Assembly: GCA_030427365.1 (NCBI GenBank)
Contig: JAUHWW010000001.1
Span: 31,963 to 95,962 of the forward strand
Length of the DNA: 64,000 nt
Direction of reading: 5' to 3'
Source: a bacterium
GTDB taxonomy: Bacteria; Patescibacteriota; Saccharimonadia; Saccharimonadales; SZUA-47
The position numbers were made by a program, and so were the translations under genes. The notes under the pieces are model-generated. The model ran no database searches. It was not told the DNA's origin and saw nothing but the letters and a program-made list of their open reading frames with translations. Below, piece after piece: positions 54,853 through 63,761 of the stretch; positions within the stretch are counted from its first letter, which is position 1, and the number at the start of each line of letters is the position of its first letter.

Positions 54853-55473
54853 TCAGTCAGAAATTAGTGATTTTTGTTGATGTCTACGGCTGATGTAGTA
54901 GCCGAGAACTATTGTCACTGCAGGGATAGCGAATAGGATGTCGCCTGCGCCGGTGCTTGGGAGGTCTTCGTCGTTTGAGTCATTGCGAGTAGTATTTGTT
55001 GAAGTATTACTATCACCAGCAACATCGCGAGTGATTGACGCAGCTTCGTCTGAAACCACCCCGCCTTCTTCTACCGCTGATTCATCGCTAGAAGTTGCGC
55101 CATCATTGTCGGTGGTCGAGTCAGCATTGCTCTGATCATTGTCATCTTGGCCAAGTACTGCAATTACTTCGTCATCATCGCTTCGTGGATCAGTTGTCAG
55201 TGGATTCGTGCCATCGACAGTTACTTCACCCTGAGGGGTGTCTTCCTGCGTCGTAGTTTCTGAAGATGAGTCATTATCCGAGATGGTGTCGTACAGCCAC
55301 TTGCCTGCAAAGAATAGGCCGGCGATCACCGCCAGAGTAATGATGAGGCTAAGTAGCGCCATCGCCCAGGCTTTACCTGTGCGCGTACCACTAGAGTTAT
55401 AGCTCGAGCCATAATAATTCTCGAGTTCGGCAATTGTTTGATTGCTGTCTTTGCGGCTAAATGGACTTCTCAT
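54853..55473 (-). CDS. Ser/Thr/Asp-rich surface protein with N-terminal TM and C-terminal LPSTG sortase sorting signal
   Basis: ...DEDLPSTGAGDILFAIPAVTIVLGYYISRRHQQK; consensus promoter upstream. Confidence 0.6.
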   Translation of the reverse strand: MRSPFSRKDSNQTIAELENYYGSSYNSSGTRTGKAWAMALLSLIITLAVIAGLFFAGKWLYDTISDNDSSSETTTQEDTPQGEVTVDGTNPLTTDPRSDDDEVIAVLGQDDNDQSNADSTTDNDGATSSDESAVEEGGVVSDEAASITRDVAGDSNTSTNTTRNDSNDEDLPSTGAGDILFAIPAVTIVLGYYISRRHQQKSLISD

Positions 55474-55526
55474 CTGTTATCTCCCAGGTTGTTACAGTTT
55501 TGACACTCTCCCACCTGTATCTATTC

Positions 55527-55555
55527 ATTTTACCACAGAAAGGGTAAAAAGTCAA
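55527..55555 (-). promoter_or_regulatory. sigma70-type promoter for LPSTG-protein gene
   Basis: Minus strand TTGACT-17-TAAAAT. Confidence 0.4.
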
Positions 55556-55570
55556 TCCATCTAGGGGTCG

Positions 55571-57208
55571 CTACATGCCGAGGCCCATTTGAGGGGCGGC
55601 TCCAGATGTTTCTTCCTTCTCTGGCACGTCGACGACAAGCGCGCCCATGGTCATGCTGGTGCCGGCGATTGAGCTGGCATTCTGCACGGCTTGTTTAGTA
55701 ACGAGGACTGGGTCAACGACGCCGGCTTTCTTCATATCGACGAGCTTATCAGGACTGTTAACGTTAACGCCCTGCCCTGCCTTCGCTGCTTTGACCTTCG
55801 GTAGCCACTCATCTGCGTTGAGGCCGGAGTTTTCCATCAAAATGCGGAAAGGTTGCTGTAAGGCGCGCGCCAAAAGCTGTGCACCGGCGTTTTCTGTCTC
55901 GTCTTTCAGAGATTTTATATCGCTGGATAGATTAACAAGGGTGACACCACCGCCAGGGACGATGCCCTCGTTCATGGCTGCTTTGACGGCCGCAACGGCG
56001 TCATCGACGCGGTATTTCTTCTCTTCGATTTCGGTTTCGCTGGCGCCGCCGACTTTGATAACGGCCACTTTGCCAGAGAGCGCAGCCGAGCGCTTAGTAA
56101 GTTCACCGCGGTCGTAGGAGCTGGTTGAGGCTTTCGCTTGATTTTTTATCTGCGAAACGAGCGCTTTGACATCTGATTTTGCACCTGCACCTTCGACTAT
56201 GGTTGTTTCATCTTTGCTAATTATAACTTTGCGGGCTCCTCCCACAACTTCTTGAGGTGCATCAGCTAAGCTCGCACCTAGCTCAGTCGAAACCACCATT
56301 GCGCCAGTTAATATTGCAATATCATTTAGCACGTCTGTGCGGCGATCTCCGAAGCTCGGGGCTTTGATTGCAACTGTTTTAAAGCCGCCTTTGAGCTTGT
56401 TGAGAATGAGCATCGTCAGCGCGTCGCCTTCGATGTCTTCGGCGATAAGGAAGAGCTCTTTTTTGCCCATGTTGGCGACGAGCTCTAGTACCGGCTGCAT
56501 CTCCTCAACCGTGCTGAGTTTGGCGTCGGTAATGACGATAGCTGGGTTATTGAGAACTGCTTCGAGACGGTTGCCGTCAGTGATCATGAAAGGACTGATG
56601 TAGCCCCTATCGATAGTGAATCCTTCGACGATATCGCTTTCTAGTTCGAGGCCTTGACCCTCTTCGACGGTGACAACGCCGTCCTTACCAACGGCCTCCA
56701 TGACGTCTGCAATCAGCGCACCAATAGCTTTGTCGCCAGCAGATATGGTTGCTACTTCAGCGATGCGGTCTTTACTGCCGGAAATGTCCTCAGCTTGTTT
56801 ATCGAGGCCCTTGATGACGTCTTCCGCCGCTTTTTCTAGCCCTTTGCGCAGCAGCATTGGGTTGTGCCCTGCTGCGATGAGTTTGTTAGCCTCAGACAGG
56901 ATGTGATACGTCAGCACGGTGACGGTTGTGGTGCCATCACCAGCCACGTCATTCATCTTGCTAGCGGCTTGTTTGATAAGTTCAGCGCCGACGCTGTAGC
57001 CGAGCGTTTCATCGTCGACATCAGCGATTTCCACACCTTTTGCCACCGTAACGCCGTCGTGCGTGACGGATGGTCCGCCGTAGCTCTTCGCGATGACGAC
57101 ATTGCGGCCCTTTGGCCCCATCGTGGTTTTTACCGCGTTATACAGAACCTGCGCTCCACCTAAAACTCTGCGGCGGGCGTCTTCGTCATAAAAAACTTTT
57201 TTAGCCAT
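55571..57208 (-). CDS. groL: chaperonin GroEL
   Basis: 545 aa, canonical motifs (AAVEEGIVPGGG-like), C-terminal GGM-type tail MGLGM. Confidence 0.95.
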   Translation of the reverse strand: MAKKVFYDEDARRRVLGGAQVLYNAVKTTMGPKGRNVVIAKSYGGPSVTHDGVTVAKGVEIADVDDETLGYSVGAELIKQAASKMNDVAGDGTTTVTVLTYHILSEANKLIAAGHNPMLLRKGLEKAAEDVIKGLDKQAEDISGSKDRIAEVATISAGDKAIGALIADVMEAVGKDGVVTVEEGQGLELESDIVEGFTIDRGYISPFMITDGNRLEAVLNNPAIVITDAKLSTVEEMQPVLELVANMGKKELFLIAEDIEGDALTMLILNKLKGGFKTVAIKAPSFGDRRTDVLNDIAILTGAMVVSTELGASLADAPQEVVGGARKVIISKDETTIVEGAGAKSDVKALVSQIKNQAKASTSSYDRGELTKRSAALSGKVAVIKVGGASETEIEEKKYRVDDAVAAVKAAMNEGIVPGGGVTLVNLSSDIKSLKDETENAGAQLLARALQQPFRILMENSGLNADEWLPKVKAAKAGQGVNVNSPDKLVDMKKAGVVDPVLVTKQAVQNASSIAGTSMTMGALVVDVPEKEETSGAAPQMGLGM

Positions 57209-57361
57209 CTATTTCTTCTCCTTCTCTAACTTTGCAATCTTTTTCTGAAGCTCTTTGATGTCATCAGTGTTTTTCTTGATAGTGCTGAATTTCTCGAAAA
57301 TCCATAATACCGTTCCGATGATGATGACAATCTGCAGAATGAAAAATATAAATGAAACCAT
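57209..57361 (-). CDS. 50-aa small membrane protein (one TM + Lys/Glu coiled-coil tail) encoded between groES and groEL
   Basis: Not in ORF track; MVSFIFFILQIVIIIGTVLWIFEKFSTIKKNTDDIKELQKKIAKLEKEKK*; starts 5 nt after groES stop, stop codon abuts groEL ATG. Confidence 0.4.
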   Translation of the reverse strand: MVSFIFFILQIVIIIGTVLWIFEKFSTIKKNTDDIKELQKKIAKLEKEKK

Positions 57362-57366
57362 TTCTC

Positions 57367-57672
57367 TTAACTCAACTTCGCGTAGATATTTTCGTTGCGA
57401 ACGAGCAAGTATTCTTCGCCCTCGACTTTGATGTCGGTGTTACTGTAGCCACCAAAGATGACGCGGTCACCGGCTTTGACATCCTTCACCATCGGTCCGA
57501 CGGCGAGTACTTTGGCAAACTTTGGTTTCTCAGTGCCCTTATCTGGCAGGTAGAGCCCACTCGCGGTTTTATTCTTTGCCTCTTCCTGTTGCATCACCAC
57601 ATAGTCAGCGAGTGGCGTGATTGGTACTTTGTTCATATATCCTCCCGCAGTGGTTTTGGAGCGGTCATCCAC
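57367..57672 (-). CDS. groS: co-chaperonin GroES (true start possibly ATG at 57636)
   Basis: ...TASGLYLPDKGTEKPKFAKVLAVGPM... Confidence 0.9.
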   Translation of the reverse strand: MDDRSKTTAGGYMNKVPITPLADYVVMQQEEAKNKTASGLYLPDKGTEKPKFAKVLAVGPMVKDVKAGDRVIFGGYSNTDIKVEGEEYLLVRNENIYAKLS

Positions 57673-57813
57673 TTCTCTCCTGCGTCAATTTTGCTCGTCG
57701 TATGCTTGATACGCCACCGCAAAATGTGCTCGGTTAGAAGCAAATGACCCTTGGCCAAAAGCCACTGCTCATTAAGTGATACCCTCTGAATCGTAAAGGT
57801 GAATCAGCAAGCA

Positions 57814-57870
57814 TTAGCAATTAAACTAAATGAGTGCCAATTTCTAGCACTCATCATACTGGTCTGCTAA
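57814..57870. promoter_or_regulatory. nested palindrome upstream of groES (CIRCE-like but everted): TTAGCA-N12-GAGTGC-N9-GCACTC-N12-TGCTAA
   Basis: ttagcaattaaactaaatgagtgccaatttctagcactcatcatactggtctgctaa. Confidence 0.35.
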
Positions 57871-57925
57871 CGAACTCGTCAAGCTGTATTCTAGGCCTAG
57901 TTTCGATGAATTAGAAGCATAAGAA

Positions 57926-58897
57926 TCACTTATTAATGAGATCCCTGAGCTCGTTAATAAGCTCTTTCCTTGACTGTGTTCTATCACCTTTTTGTTGTGC
58001 ACCAAAAAAAGCACTACGCCAATTCAGGTATGCTTCATAAAAATGCTCGTCGAACAATTCTTTCAGTTCTTGCTTTGAATATCCTTCGCGCTTAGTTGTC
58101 TCAACGAAGTCCATTTCAAGTGATCGAACGTCATGAAAAGCGGTGTTTATATCAAGTTTTTTTGCGTCACCGTCTGCTATGTTCGATCTACCCCAATCGA
58201 TCAGGTACGGTCCACCGCCGCTTTGAGGGTCGGGTAAAACAATATTACGAAGTGCAACGTCGCCGTGCGCGATGCCTTTTGCATGCAAGAATGCAAGCTC
58301 TTTTGCAACTCGTCCTAAGACGGATGAATTATTGTCACCCTCAGTGATTGCTTCAACTGAAAATTTGTCCAAAGAGCGAATCGATCTATCTAGCAGAGAA
58401 ATGGTTCCGCCTCCTCCGTTCTCAGTTAGGTAAAAGCCAAGTGTTTGTGTGTTGTCTAGCCCTAGGTGTCTTGCGAACATGTTACGTGCAAAGTCTTCAA
58501 GGACACTGTCCGAAGATTTAGGGTTGTGCGGTCGAAAAGCGAGTGAAAAATGCCTATCCGTCTCTGGGCTAGAAAATTCATGCGCGAAAAAGCCGTCAGC
58601 AGAAGAGGAGCCTCTTGTGTCAATTCTGGCTCCTGGAACCATTTTGTCGAAAGGCAACGGGATGCTGTCATCCTGTAGATAGTCTGATCCGAATGTCGGG
58701 TCTAAGAGATATGTACCGGGCGGTAAGTACTCTTGCAACTCAGTTACTCTCTCAACGTATGTTTGATAATCATCGTCAACACCCACCTGGCAAAAATCTG
58801 GCAGATCGTTGACGATAGGGTTTTCGTGGAGATCATCGAGGTACTGTCGACGAAAGATTTCAGATTTAGGTTCGGTTTGAAGCGTTTCTGTTTTCAT
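57926..58897 (-). CDS. protein-kinase-like fold phosphotransferase (APH/choline-kinase/Kdo-kinase-like)
   Basis: Catalytic loop HGDVALRNIVL and metal-binding IDWG (DFG-equivalent). Confidence 0.5.
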   Translation of the reverse strand: MKTETLQTEPKSEIFRRQYLDDLHENPIVNDLPDFCQVGVDDDYQTYVERVTELQEYLPPGTYLLDPTFGSDYLQDDSIPLPFDKMVPGARIDTRGSSSADGFFAHEFSSPETDRHFSLAFRPHNPKSSDSVLEDFARNMFARHLGLDNTQTLGFYLTENGGGGTISLLDRSIRSLDKFSVEAITEGDNNSSVLGRVAKELAFLHAKGIAHGDVALRNIVLPDPQSGGGPYLIDWGRSNIADGDAKKLDINTAFHDVRSLEMDFVETTKREGYSKQELKELFDEHFYEAYLNWRSAFFGAQQKGDRTQSRKELINELRDLINK

Positions 58898-58924
58898 GTT
58901 GGATTTTTTTAGTCTTTGGTGTGC

Positions 58925-59374
58925 TTATGAATTTGTTGCAAGTCCTCCGATTGCTCGAAAGCGCTGCATACCGGAAACGAAAGTCGGTAGCAATCGGATG
59001 GGAGCATCTCCCTCTGTAGCGAAATTCATATGGACGAGGTGCATACGTAGCTGCTCGGATTCAATCCCACTGATTTGCTCCCCTCGCTTTAGTGAGTCGA
59101 ATATTTCATCCTCGTACGCAGCAGTTATATCAGCAGAGAGCGCGGTGATTGGCACGACACCTATCGGTATTTCATAACGACGTAAATATCCTGATTGCAC
59201 ATCGGCTCTTTGGGCAGCTAATAAGCCTGCTGCCTCTGCTCTATCAAGTGCCGCCGCCTGCTCAGCAGTTAACTGGTGACGTTCAGCTTCTACAAAAAAT
59301 ACTCCGTCATTCTCATGTAAAACTTCAAATGGTGTCGTGGGCATTTTTTCTATCCAAGTGTTATTCATATGCAA
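58925..59374 (-). CDS. hypothetical protein
   Basis: ORF track, 149 aa. Confidence 0.4.
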   Translation of the reverse strand: MHMNNTWIEKMPTTPFEVLHENDGVFFVEAERHQLTAEQAAALDRAEAAGLLAAQRADVQSGYLRRYEIPIGVVPITALSADITAAYEDEIFDSLKRGEQISGIESEQLRMHLVHMNFATEGDAPIRLLPTFVSGMQRFRAIGGLATNS

Positions 59375-59421
59375 TAAAGTGAACTAATTATAACACTTTA
59401 TTTATACTTTGAAAAATATTC

Positions 59422-59523
59422 TTACTTCTTTACGTGAACTTCGATTTTTACGGGTTCGACGTCTTCGAACTTCAGATCAAAGTGTTTTGTGGCTTCGTGA
59501 GCCTGGGGTGTTTCGTTTTTCAT
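59422..59523 (-). CDS. possible 33-aa small ORF behind a consensus promoter (could instead be the 5' part of an sRNA)
   Basis: MKNETPQAHEATKHFDLKFEDVEPVKIEVHVKK*; promoter 59560-59588. Confidence 0.3.
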   Translation of the reverse strand: MKNETPQAHEATKHFDLKFEDVEPVKIEVHVKK

Positions 59524-59559
59524 AGTGATGCAATCTTTTTGTTTTAGATTAACATTGAC

Positions 59560-59588
59560 ATTATAGCAAAAAGCTTATGTATTGTCAA
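59560..59588 (-). promoter_or_regulatory. consensus sigma70 promoter with extended -10 (TTGACA-17-TGCTATAAT)
   Basis: Minus strand TTGACAatacataagctttttgcTATAAT. Confidence 0.55.
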
Positions 59589-59851
59589 GTTTCTCTTGTA
59601 CTCGGTGGTCGTTCAGGATAATGAGTGAAAGAGCTGTTATTCATCTTAAATAGCACCCCTTCTCCTAACAGTCTGTAAGTACCATCATCTACTAAATCAG
59701 TAATGGGTTGTCTATCGTCAGTGAGAAATTTATTGGCCTCTACTAGCATTGGACGTCGTCCTACGTGGAGTGATACTTGGTCTCCTGGTTGGACTTCAGA
59801 AAGGTCTGGGCTTCCGTCAACTGTAGTAATAGAGGGTTTTTTATTTTCCAT
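59585..59851 (-). CDS. hypothetical 88-aa protein
   Basis: ORF track; consensus promoter immediately upstream. Confidence 0.4.
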   Translation of the reverse strand: MENKKPSITTVDGSPDLSEVQPGDQVSLHVGRRPMLVEANKFLTDDRQPITDLVDDGTYRLLGEGVLFKMNNSSFTHYPERPPSTRET

Positions 59852-59877
59852 GAGCTTCTATTTTTTTGAGTATTTAT

Positions 59878-59906
59878 ATCATAGCAAAAAATGTGCGATT
59901 TGTCAA
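59878..59906 (-). promoter_or_regulatory. consensus-like sigma70 promoter with extended -10 (TTGACA-17-TGCTATGAT)
   Basis: Minus strand TTGACAaatcgcacattttttgcTATGAT. Confidence 0.5.
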
Positions 59907-59915
59907 TATTTGCGA

Positions 59916-61160
59916 CTAGCAGTCTTCATCTTCATCGTCGTCGGAGTACAGATAGTCAAGTTTTCCGTCCTTGATCAGCGTCATAACTATTGTGTTGAAA
60001 TCAATTTGCTCGTGCATGTTAATGACGTTGTTGCCATTCCACAGCATCCCATCGCTGTGTATATGCCAGTGCATGTCGCTGCCAGGATTGAGCCAGTTGT
60101 ACGCTGCGATACCTTCGTAAATTGCCTCGTCTTTCAACGCATCCGATACCCCAATATCATCCAAGTATCTCCATGGCACCTGAGTTCTATCGGCGTTGAG
60201 TAAATCTTCGGTAGCAGGGATAAGAGAGCTCTGCTCAGCGGGCGCTGCTGGCTCGATCGGTTCGCTCGTCGCTTGTGTTGGCTCCTCCTCAGCTGGGGTG
60301 TCTGCTTGATCTGACTGAGGCTCTTCGACATGTGGCTCCGGTTCAGGCTGCGGAATCGGATCGAGGACACTGGCTGAAGCATCTTCAATATCATCTTGTA
60401 ATTCAGCGACGTCTTCCTGTAATTCACTCACTTCATCTCTCAGGTCGGCAACTTCTTCCTGTAATTCATGAATCACCTCTTGTGCTTCGTCGATAGATAT
60501 GGAGACTTCATTAAACGTATCCCTTGCCTCGGCTACTTCCTCCTGAAACGCTGCTACAGCAGGAGCAATGCTATTTTCAAAAGACTCGACGGCTTCATCA
60601 TGGGCAGCGGTGATAATGCCGGCAAAATCGAACTGATCCTCAGCAGCCATTTCATCACTCACATCACCCCCGTGCGTGCAGGTTTCTGGATCAAGCTTGC
60701 GTACCATCTCCTCCAGGTCTTCCCTTTCTCCATTCAAAACGTTTTCGGCAACGCAGTCGCTCCAAGCGGCCAATGAATCAGCATCATTGTCATCTGCCTT
60801 GTCCCTTACGAGGAATAACGAGCTGATCTGCAGCCCAACCATACCGATGGCTGCAAGTTTTCGTCTATTTCTTTTCAGCCAGCTCGGTCTGTTGTCTTTT
60901 GGGCGGTCTGGATTTGTGGCCTCGCGCAGCGCGCTGTAGTTGACTGAACTTCTTGGATCCGGGTAGGGTGAGGGCTCGGTCAAGTTGAACTCGTACTCGA
61001 GGGCGTCGGCAGGCTGCTGCATCAGACGGTAGGCGTCAGCTCTTCGTACCATTGTTCCTGCCGATTCAGTATCGCCCACAATGTGATAGCGTCTCGTCGC
61101 CTCATTGAAATGGACGTGCTCTGCTTCGTAGGTGTTCCCTGCTTTACTGGTAATAGTCAT
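59916..61160 (-). CDS. hypothetical membrane-anchored coiled-coil protein, acidic
   Basis: One TM (LAAIGMVGLQISSLFLV), long E/D-rich heptad region, C-terminal DDDEDEDC. Confidence 0.4.
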   Translation of the reverse strand: MTITSKAGNTYEAEHVHFNEATRRYHIVGDTESAGTMVRRADAYRLMQQPADALEYEFNLTEPSPYPDPRSSVNYSALREATNPDRPKDNRPSWLKRNRRKLAAIGMVGLQISSLFLVRDKADDNDADSLAAWSDCVAENVLNGEREDLEEMVRKLDPETCTHGGDVSDEMAAEDQFDFAGIITAAHDEAVESFENSIAPAVAAFQEEVAEARDTFNEVSISIDEAQEVIHELQEEVADLRDEVSELQEDVAELQDDIEDASASVLDPIPQPEPEPHVEEPQSDQADTPAEEEPTQATSEPIEPAAPAEQSSLIPATEDLLNADRTQVPWRYLDDIGVSDALKDEAIYEGIAAYNWLNPGSDMHWHIHSDGMLWNGNNVINMHEQIDFNTIVMTLIKDGKLDYLYSDDDEDEDC

Positions 61161-61294
61161 TTGGTCAACTACCTCAAATCAGAAATTGGAAGATTAGTCA
61201 TAGATGTATTGTAGCTTGTAACTGTACGTAAATTTTGTCAAGTATCTCACAGTAAATCTATAAAGTCGCTTGTATGGCTTGATATGATTGCTGC

Positions 61295-62404
61295 ATGATT
61301 GTGTTAGGAATTGAGACCAGCTGTGATGAGACCGCAGTGGGGATCGTGCAGGATGGAGAGACATTGCTGGCGAACGCCGTGGTGAGCTCTATGGATTTGC
61401 ACGCGGCGTTCGGCGGCGTCGTCCCAGAGATTGCTGCTCGCTCTCATATTGAGGTGATGACTCCCGTTATAAAGGAGGCGCTGCAAACTGCTTTCCCCGA
61501 TCTGGACGAAAAGGCGGTATGGGAACAAATTGATGCGATTGCGGTGGCATATGGTCCGGGTCTTGGCGGCAGTTTGCTGGTTGGCGTCATGGCAGCGCGG
61601 GCCTTGGCGACTGCGAAGGACAAGCCACTTTTTGGCGTAAACCACGTGATTGCGCATGCCTATGCTAGCTTCCTTACGAAGACGGAGCTGGAAAACTACT
61701 CGCTGCCTGATACGCAGCCGACATTTCCGATGTTGGCGCTTACCGTAGCGGGAGGGCATTCGCAACTGACACTGTACCGTGACCACTTCGACTACGAAGT
61801 GCTGGGAAAAACGCGTGATGATGCCATTGGCGAGGCGTTTGATAAGGTCGCAAAGATACTCGGCCTCCCCTACCCTGGTGGCCCGTCGATCGCCACACTC
61901 GCAGAGCAGGGCGATGCGCACAAGTACAAGCTGCCAAAAGCGAAGCTAGACGAACCATACAGCTGGAGTTTTTCTGGGCTAAAGACGGCCGTCTTGCGGC
62001 TTGCGCAAGAGTTAATTGGGGAGGATTTCACGTTTCCATCCTACGCGCTGCCAGAGCGGCTCTCTGATAGCCAGAAGGCTGACATAGCCGCTAGTTTCCA
62101 GCGTGTTGCGATCGAAACCATCGTCGATAAAGTAGTTGATGCTGAGCGCGAGTTTCAGCCAGCGACTGTCGTGGTCGGCGGGGGTGTGGCGGCGAGCCAG
62201 GAACTGCGATCGCAGCTAAAGGCTGCGCTTCGGTCAAAGGTCGAAGGTCAAAGGTCGAAAAAAGAAGTGCTGCACTTTACTGAAATGAAATTGTGTACTG
62301 ATAACGGCGCCATGATCGCCACGCTTGGGTGCTTTATGGCGATGAAAGATCAACCAACTGCTGATCCAAGCACTCTCTCGATAGAGCCTAATCTATCAAT
62401 GTAG
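61295..62404 (+). CDS. tsaD: tRNA N6-adenosine threonylcarbamoyltransferase TsaD
   Basis: MIVLGIETSCDETAVGIV, HxxAH metal site (VIAHAYA), C-terminal DNGAMIA. Confidence 0.9.
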   Translation: MIVLGIETSCDETAVGIVQDGETLLANAVVSSMDLHAAFGGVVPEIAARSHIEVMTPVIKEALQTAFPDLDEKAVWEQIDAIAVAYGPGLGGSLLVGVMAARALATAKDKPLFGVNHVIAHAYASFLTKTELENYSLPDTQPTFPMLALTVAGGHSQLTLYRDHFDYEVLGKTRDDAIGEAFDKVAKILGLPYPGGPSIATLAEQGDAHKYKLPKAKLDEPYSWSFSGLKTAVLRLAQELIGEDFTFPSYALPERLSDSQKADIAASFQRVAIETIVDKVVDAEREFQPATVVVGGGVAASQELRSQLKAALRSKVEGQRSKKEVLHFTEMKLCTDNGAMIATLGCFMAMKDQPTADPSTLSIEPNLSM

Positions 62405-62406
62405 GT

Positions 62407-63708
62407 TTATTGAGACTGTTCTCCTGCAGATTGTTGGTTGTTGAGCATCGAGAATGATGAGGTGTTTTTCTTATAGCCCTTTTTATAGCCGTTAACTTTG
62501 ACTCGATAATTTGCAGACCCACCAGGATTAGACGGATCGAAGTCGTTTATTGTCTCACCAAGTTCATAGCCCAAAACTTTTGCAATCTGAATATAGAATG
62601 AAGCCATCCCGAACCGTTCAGCCATGCCCGTAGGGATAACAAGTTCACCCTGTTCAGCCATCTTGGTAACCTCTACCATGTGTTCGGCAAGACGTTCGGG
62701 ATGATCCTCGAAGTCGCTACGGAACTTATCAAAGAAAAGCGCCGCGTTTTTGATGTGCTCTTGCTCCCTGTCAGGATTGCTTGCTGTGTCTTTGAAGACG
62801 GCTTGACTCTCATTATTAGGCAACACTGAGACTGGTAAAGCCAAAGCATCAGTCACCTCTTGCTGATTTGGCAAGCGAAAACTAGCATATGTCGCCTCTG
62901 CTTGTGGCGTGTCTATAACGCGGAGATCTTCTACTATGAAACCGATACTTCTGGCAGCATTAACCATGACAGCAAATGGTAGCTGATCTGCTTCATCGAT
63001 TCCTTCTAGTCCGGCACCCTGCACGATGTCATGCTTGAGATATCTTGAAAGTAGTGACGGCTGGGAGGATCCTTTATACATCAAGAACGGCGCTTCAGCT
63101 TGTGCCCTCACATTGAACCCTGGATCTATGCCCTGCTCAAGCATGGCATCGGTTTTTCGAGCAAGCGCGGCGGGAGCGGTGCCTTCATAGTTGAAGGCAG
63201 CTTCAGCTTTTGCTTTCACTTCTGGTGGAAGCTGAAATTTTGCTTGGATTGCATCCATCGGATCAGGCAAAGTTTCTTCTCGGTTGTCTGCTGGCACCCC
63301 CGTTGAAATCTCTGCTACCTCCGGTTCTTGTACGTTTTCAGTTGAGATTAATGACGAAATGACTCCTCCGCCGCGTTCTTTGGCGCGTTTTTTCTCTGCC
63401 GCCGCGTCACGCTTCTCAACATATTCAGAGAACGGCATTTGTTTTGTTGTACCGTCGTCCATCGTTTTGACGATCTGCGGCATTCTTACCGGAGAATCAT
63501 CGCTGCGAGTTGTGACAAATTGCTCATCCGGCTGTAGGGTTATCTCACGGTTATCACCGGTAGTGCTATCGATAAACGAGACACGGCCTGCATCATTTCC
63601 TTCACTATCAACTAGTCTTGAAGCAAACATTGGATCAATGTTCATCGGCCCTCCAGGGAGGTCCCAGTCTATTGATTGAGCTGCTGCAGGTGTAAGTTGT
63701 TCTGACAT
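62407..63708 (-). CDS. hypothetical protein (start placed at ATG 63708 downstream of consensus promoter)
   Basis: ORF track 62407..63846; TTGACA-17-TATAAT promoter lies inside the annotated N-terminus so the shorter start is preferred. Confidence 0.45.
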   Translation of the reverse strand: MSEQLTPAAAQSIDWDLPGGPMNIDPMFASRLVDSEGNDAGRVSFIDSTTGDNREITLQPDEQFVTTRSDDSPVRMPQIVKTMDDGTTKQMPFSEYVEKRDAAAEKKRAKERGGGVISSLISTENVQEPEVAEISTGVPADNREETLPDPMDAIQAKFQLPPEVKAKAEAAFNYEGTAPAALARKTDAMLEQGIDPGFNVRAQAEAPFLMYKGSSQPSLLSRYLKHDIVQGAGLEGIDEADQLPFAVMVNAARSIGFIVEDLRVIDTPQAEATYASFRLPNQQEVTDALALPVSVLPNNESQAVFKDTASNPDREQEHIKNAALFFDKFRSDFEDHPERLAEHMVEVTKMAEQGELVIPTGMAERFGMASFYIQIAKVLGYELGETINDFDPSNPGGSANYRVKVNGYKKGYKKNTSSFSMLNNQQSAGEQSQ

Positions 63709-63732
63709 TTTTGTGTTTGATCTAACGAGTAC

Positions 63733-63761
63733 ATTATAGCAAAAAATATGCTTTTTGTCAA
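63733..63761 (-). promoter_or_regulatory. perfect consensus sigma70 promoter with extended -10 (TTGACA-17-TGCTATAAT)
   Basis: Minus strand TTGACAaaaagcatattttttgcTATAAT. Confidence 0.55.

Noticed and set aside
55647-57163. Multiple plus-strand ORFs antisense to groEL (55647..56117, 56337..56603, 56670..56906, 56864..57163)
   Set aside because: Ala/Ser-rich antisense translations typical of high-GC-codon-bias shadow frames opposite a highly conserved gene.
57814-57870. Canonical CIRCE (HrcA operator) upstream of groES
   Set aside because: Half-sites are present but in everted order (GAGTGC-N9-GCACTC instead of GCACTC-N9-GAGTGC); reported only as CIRCE-like.
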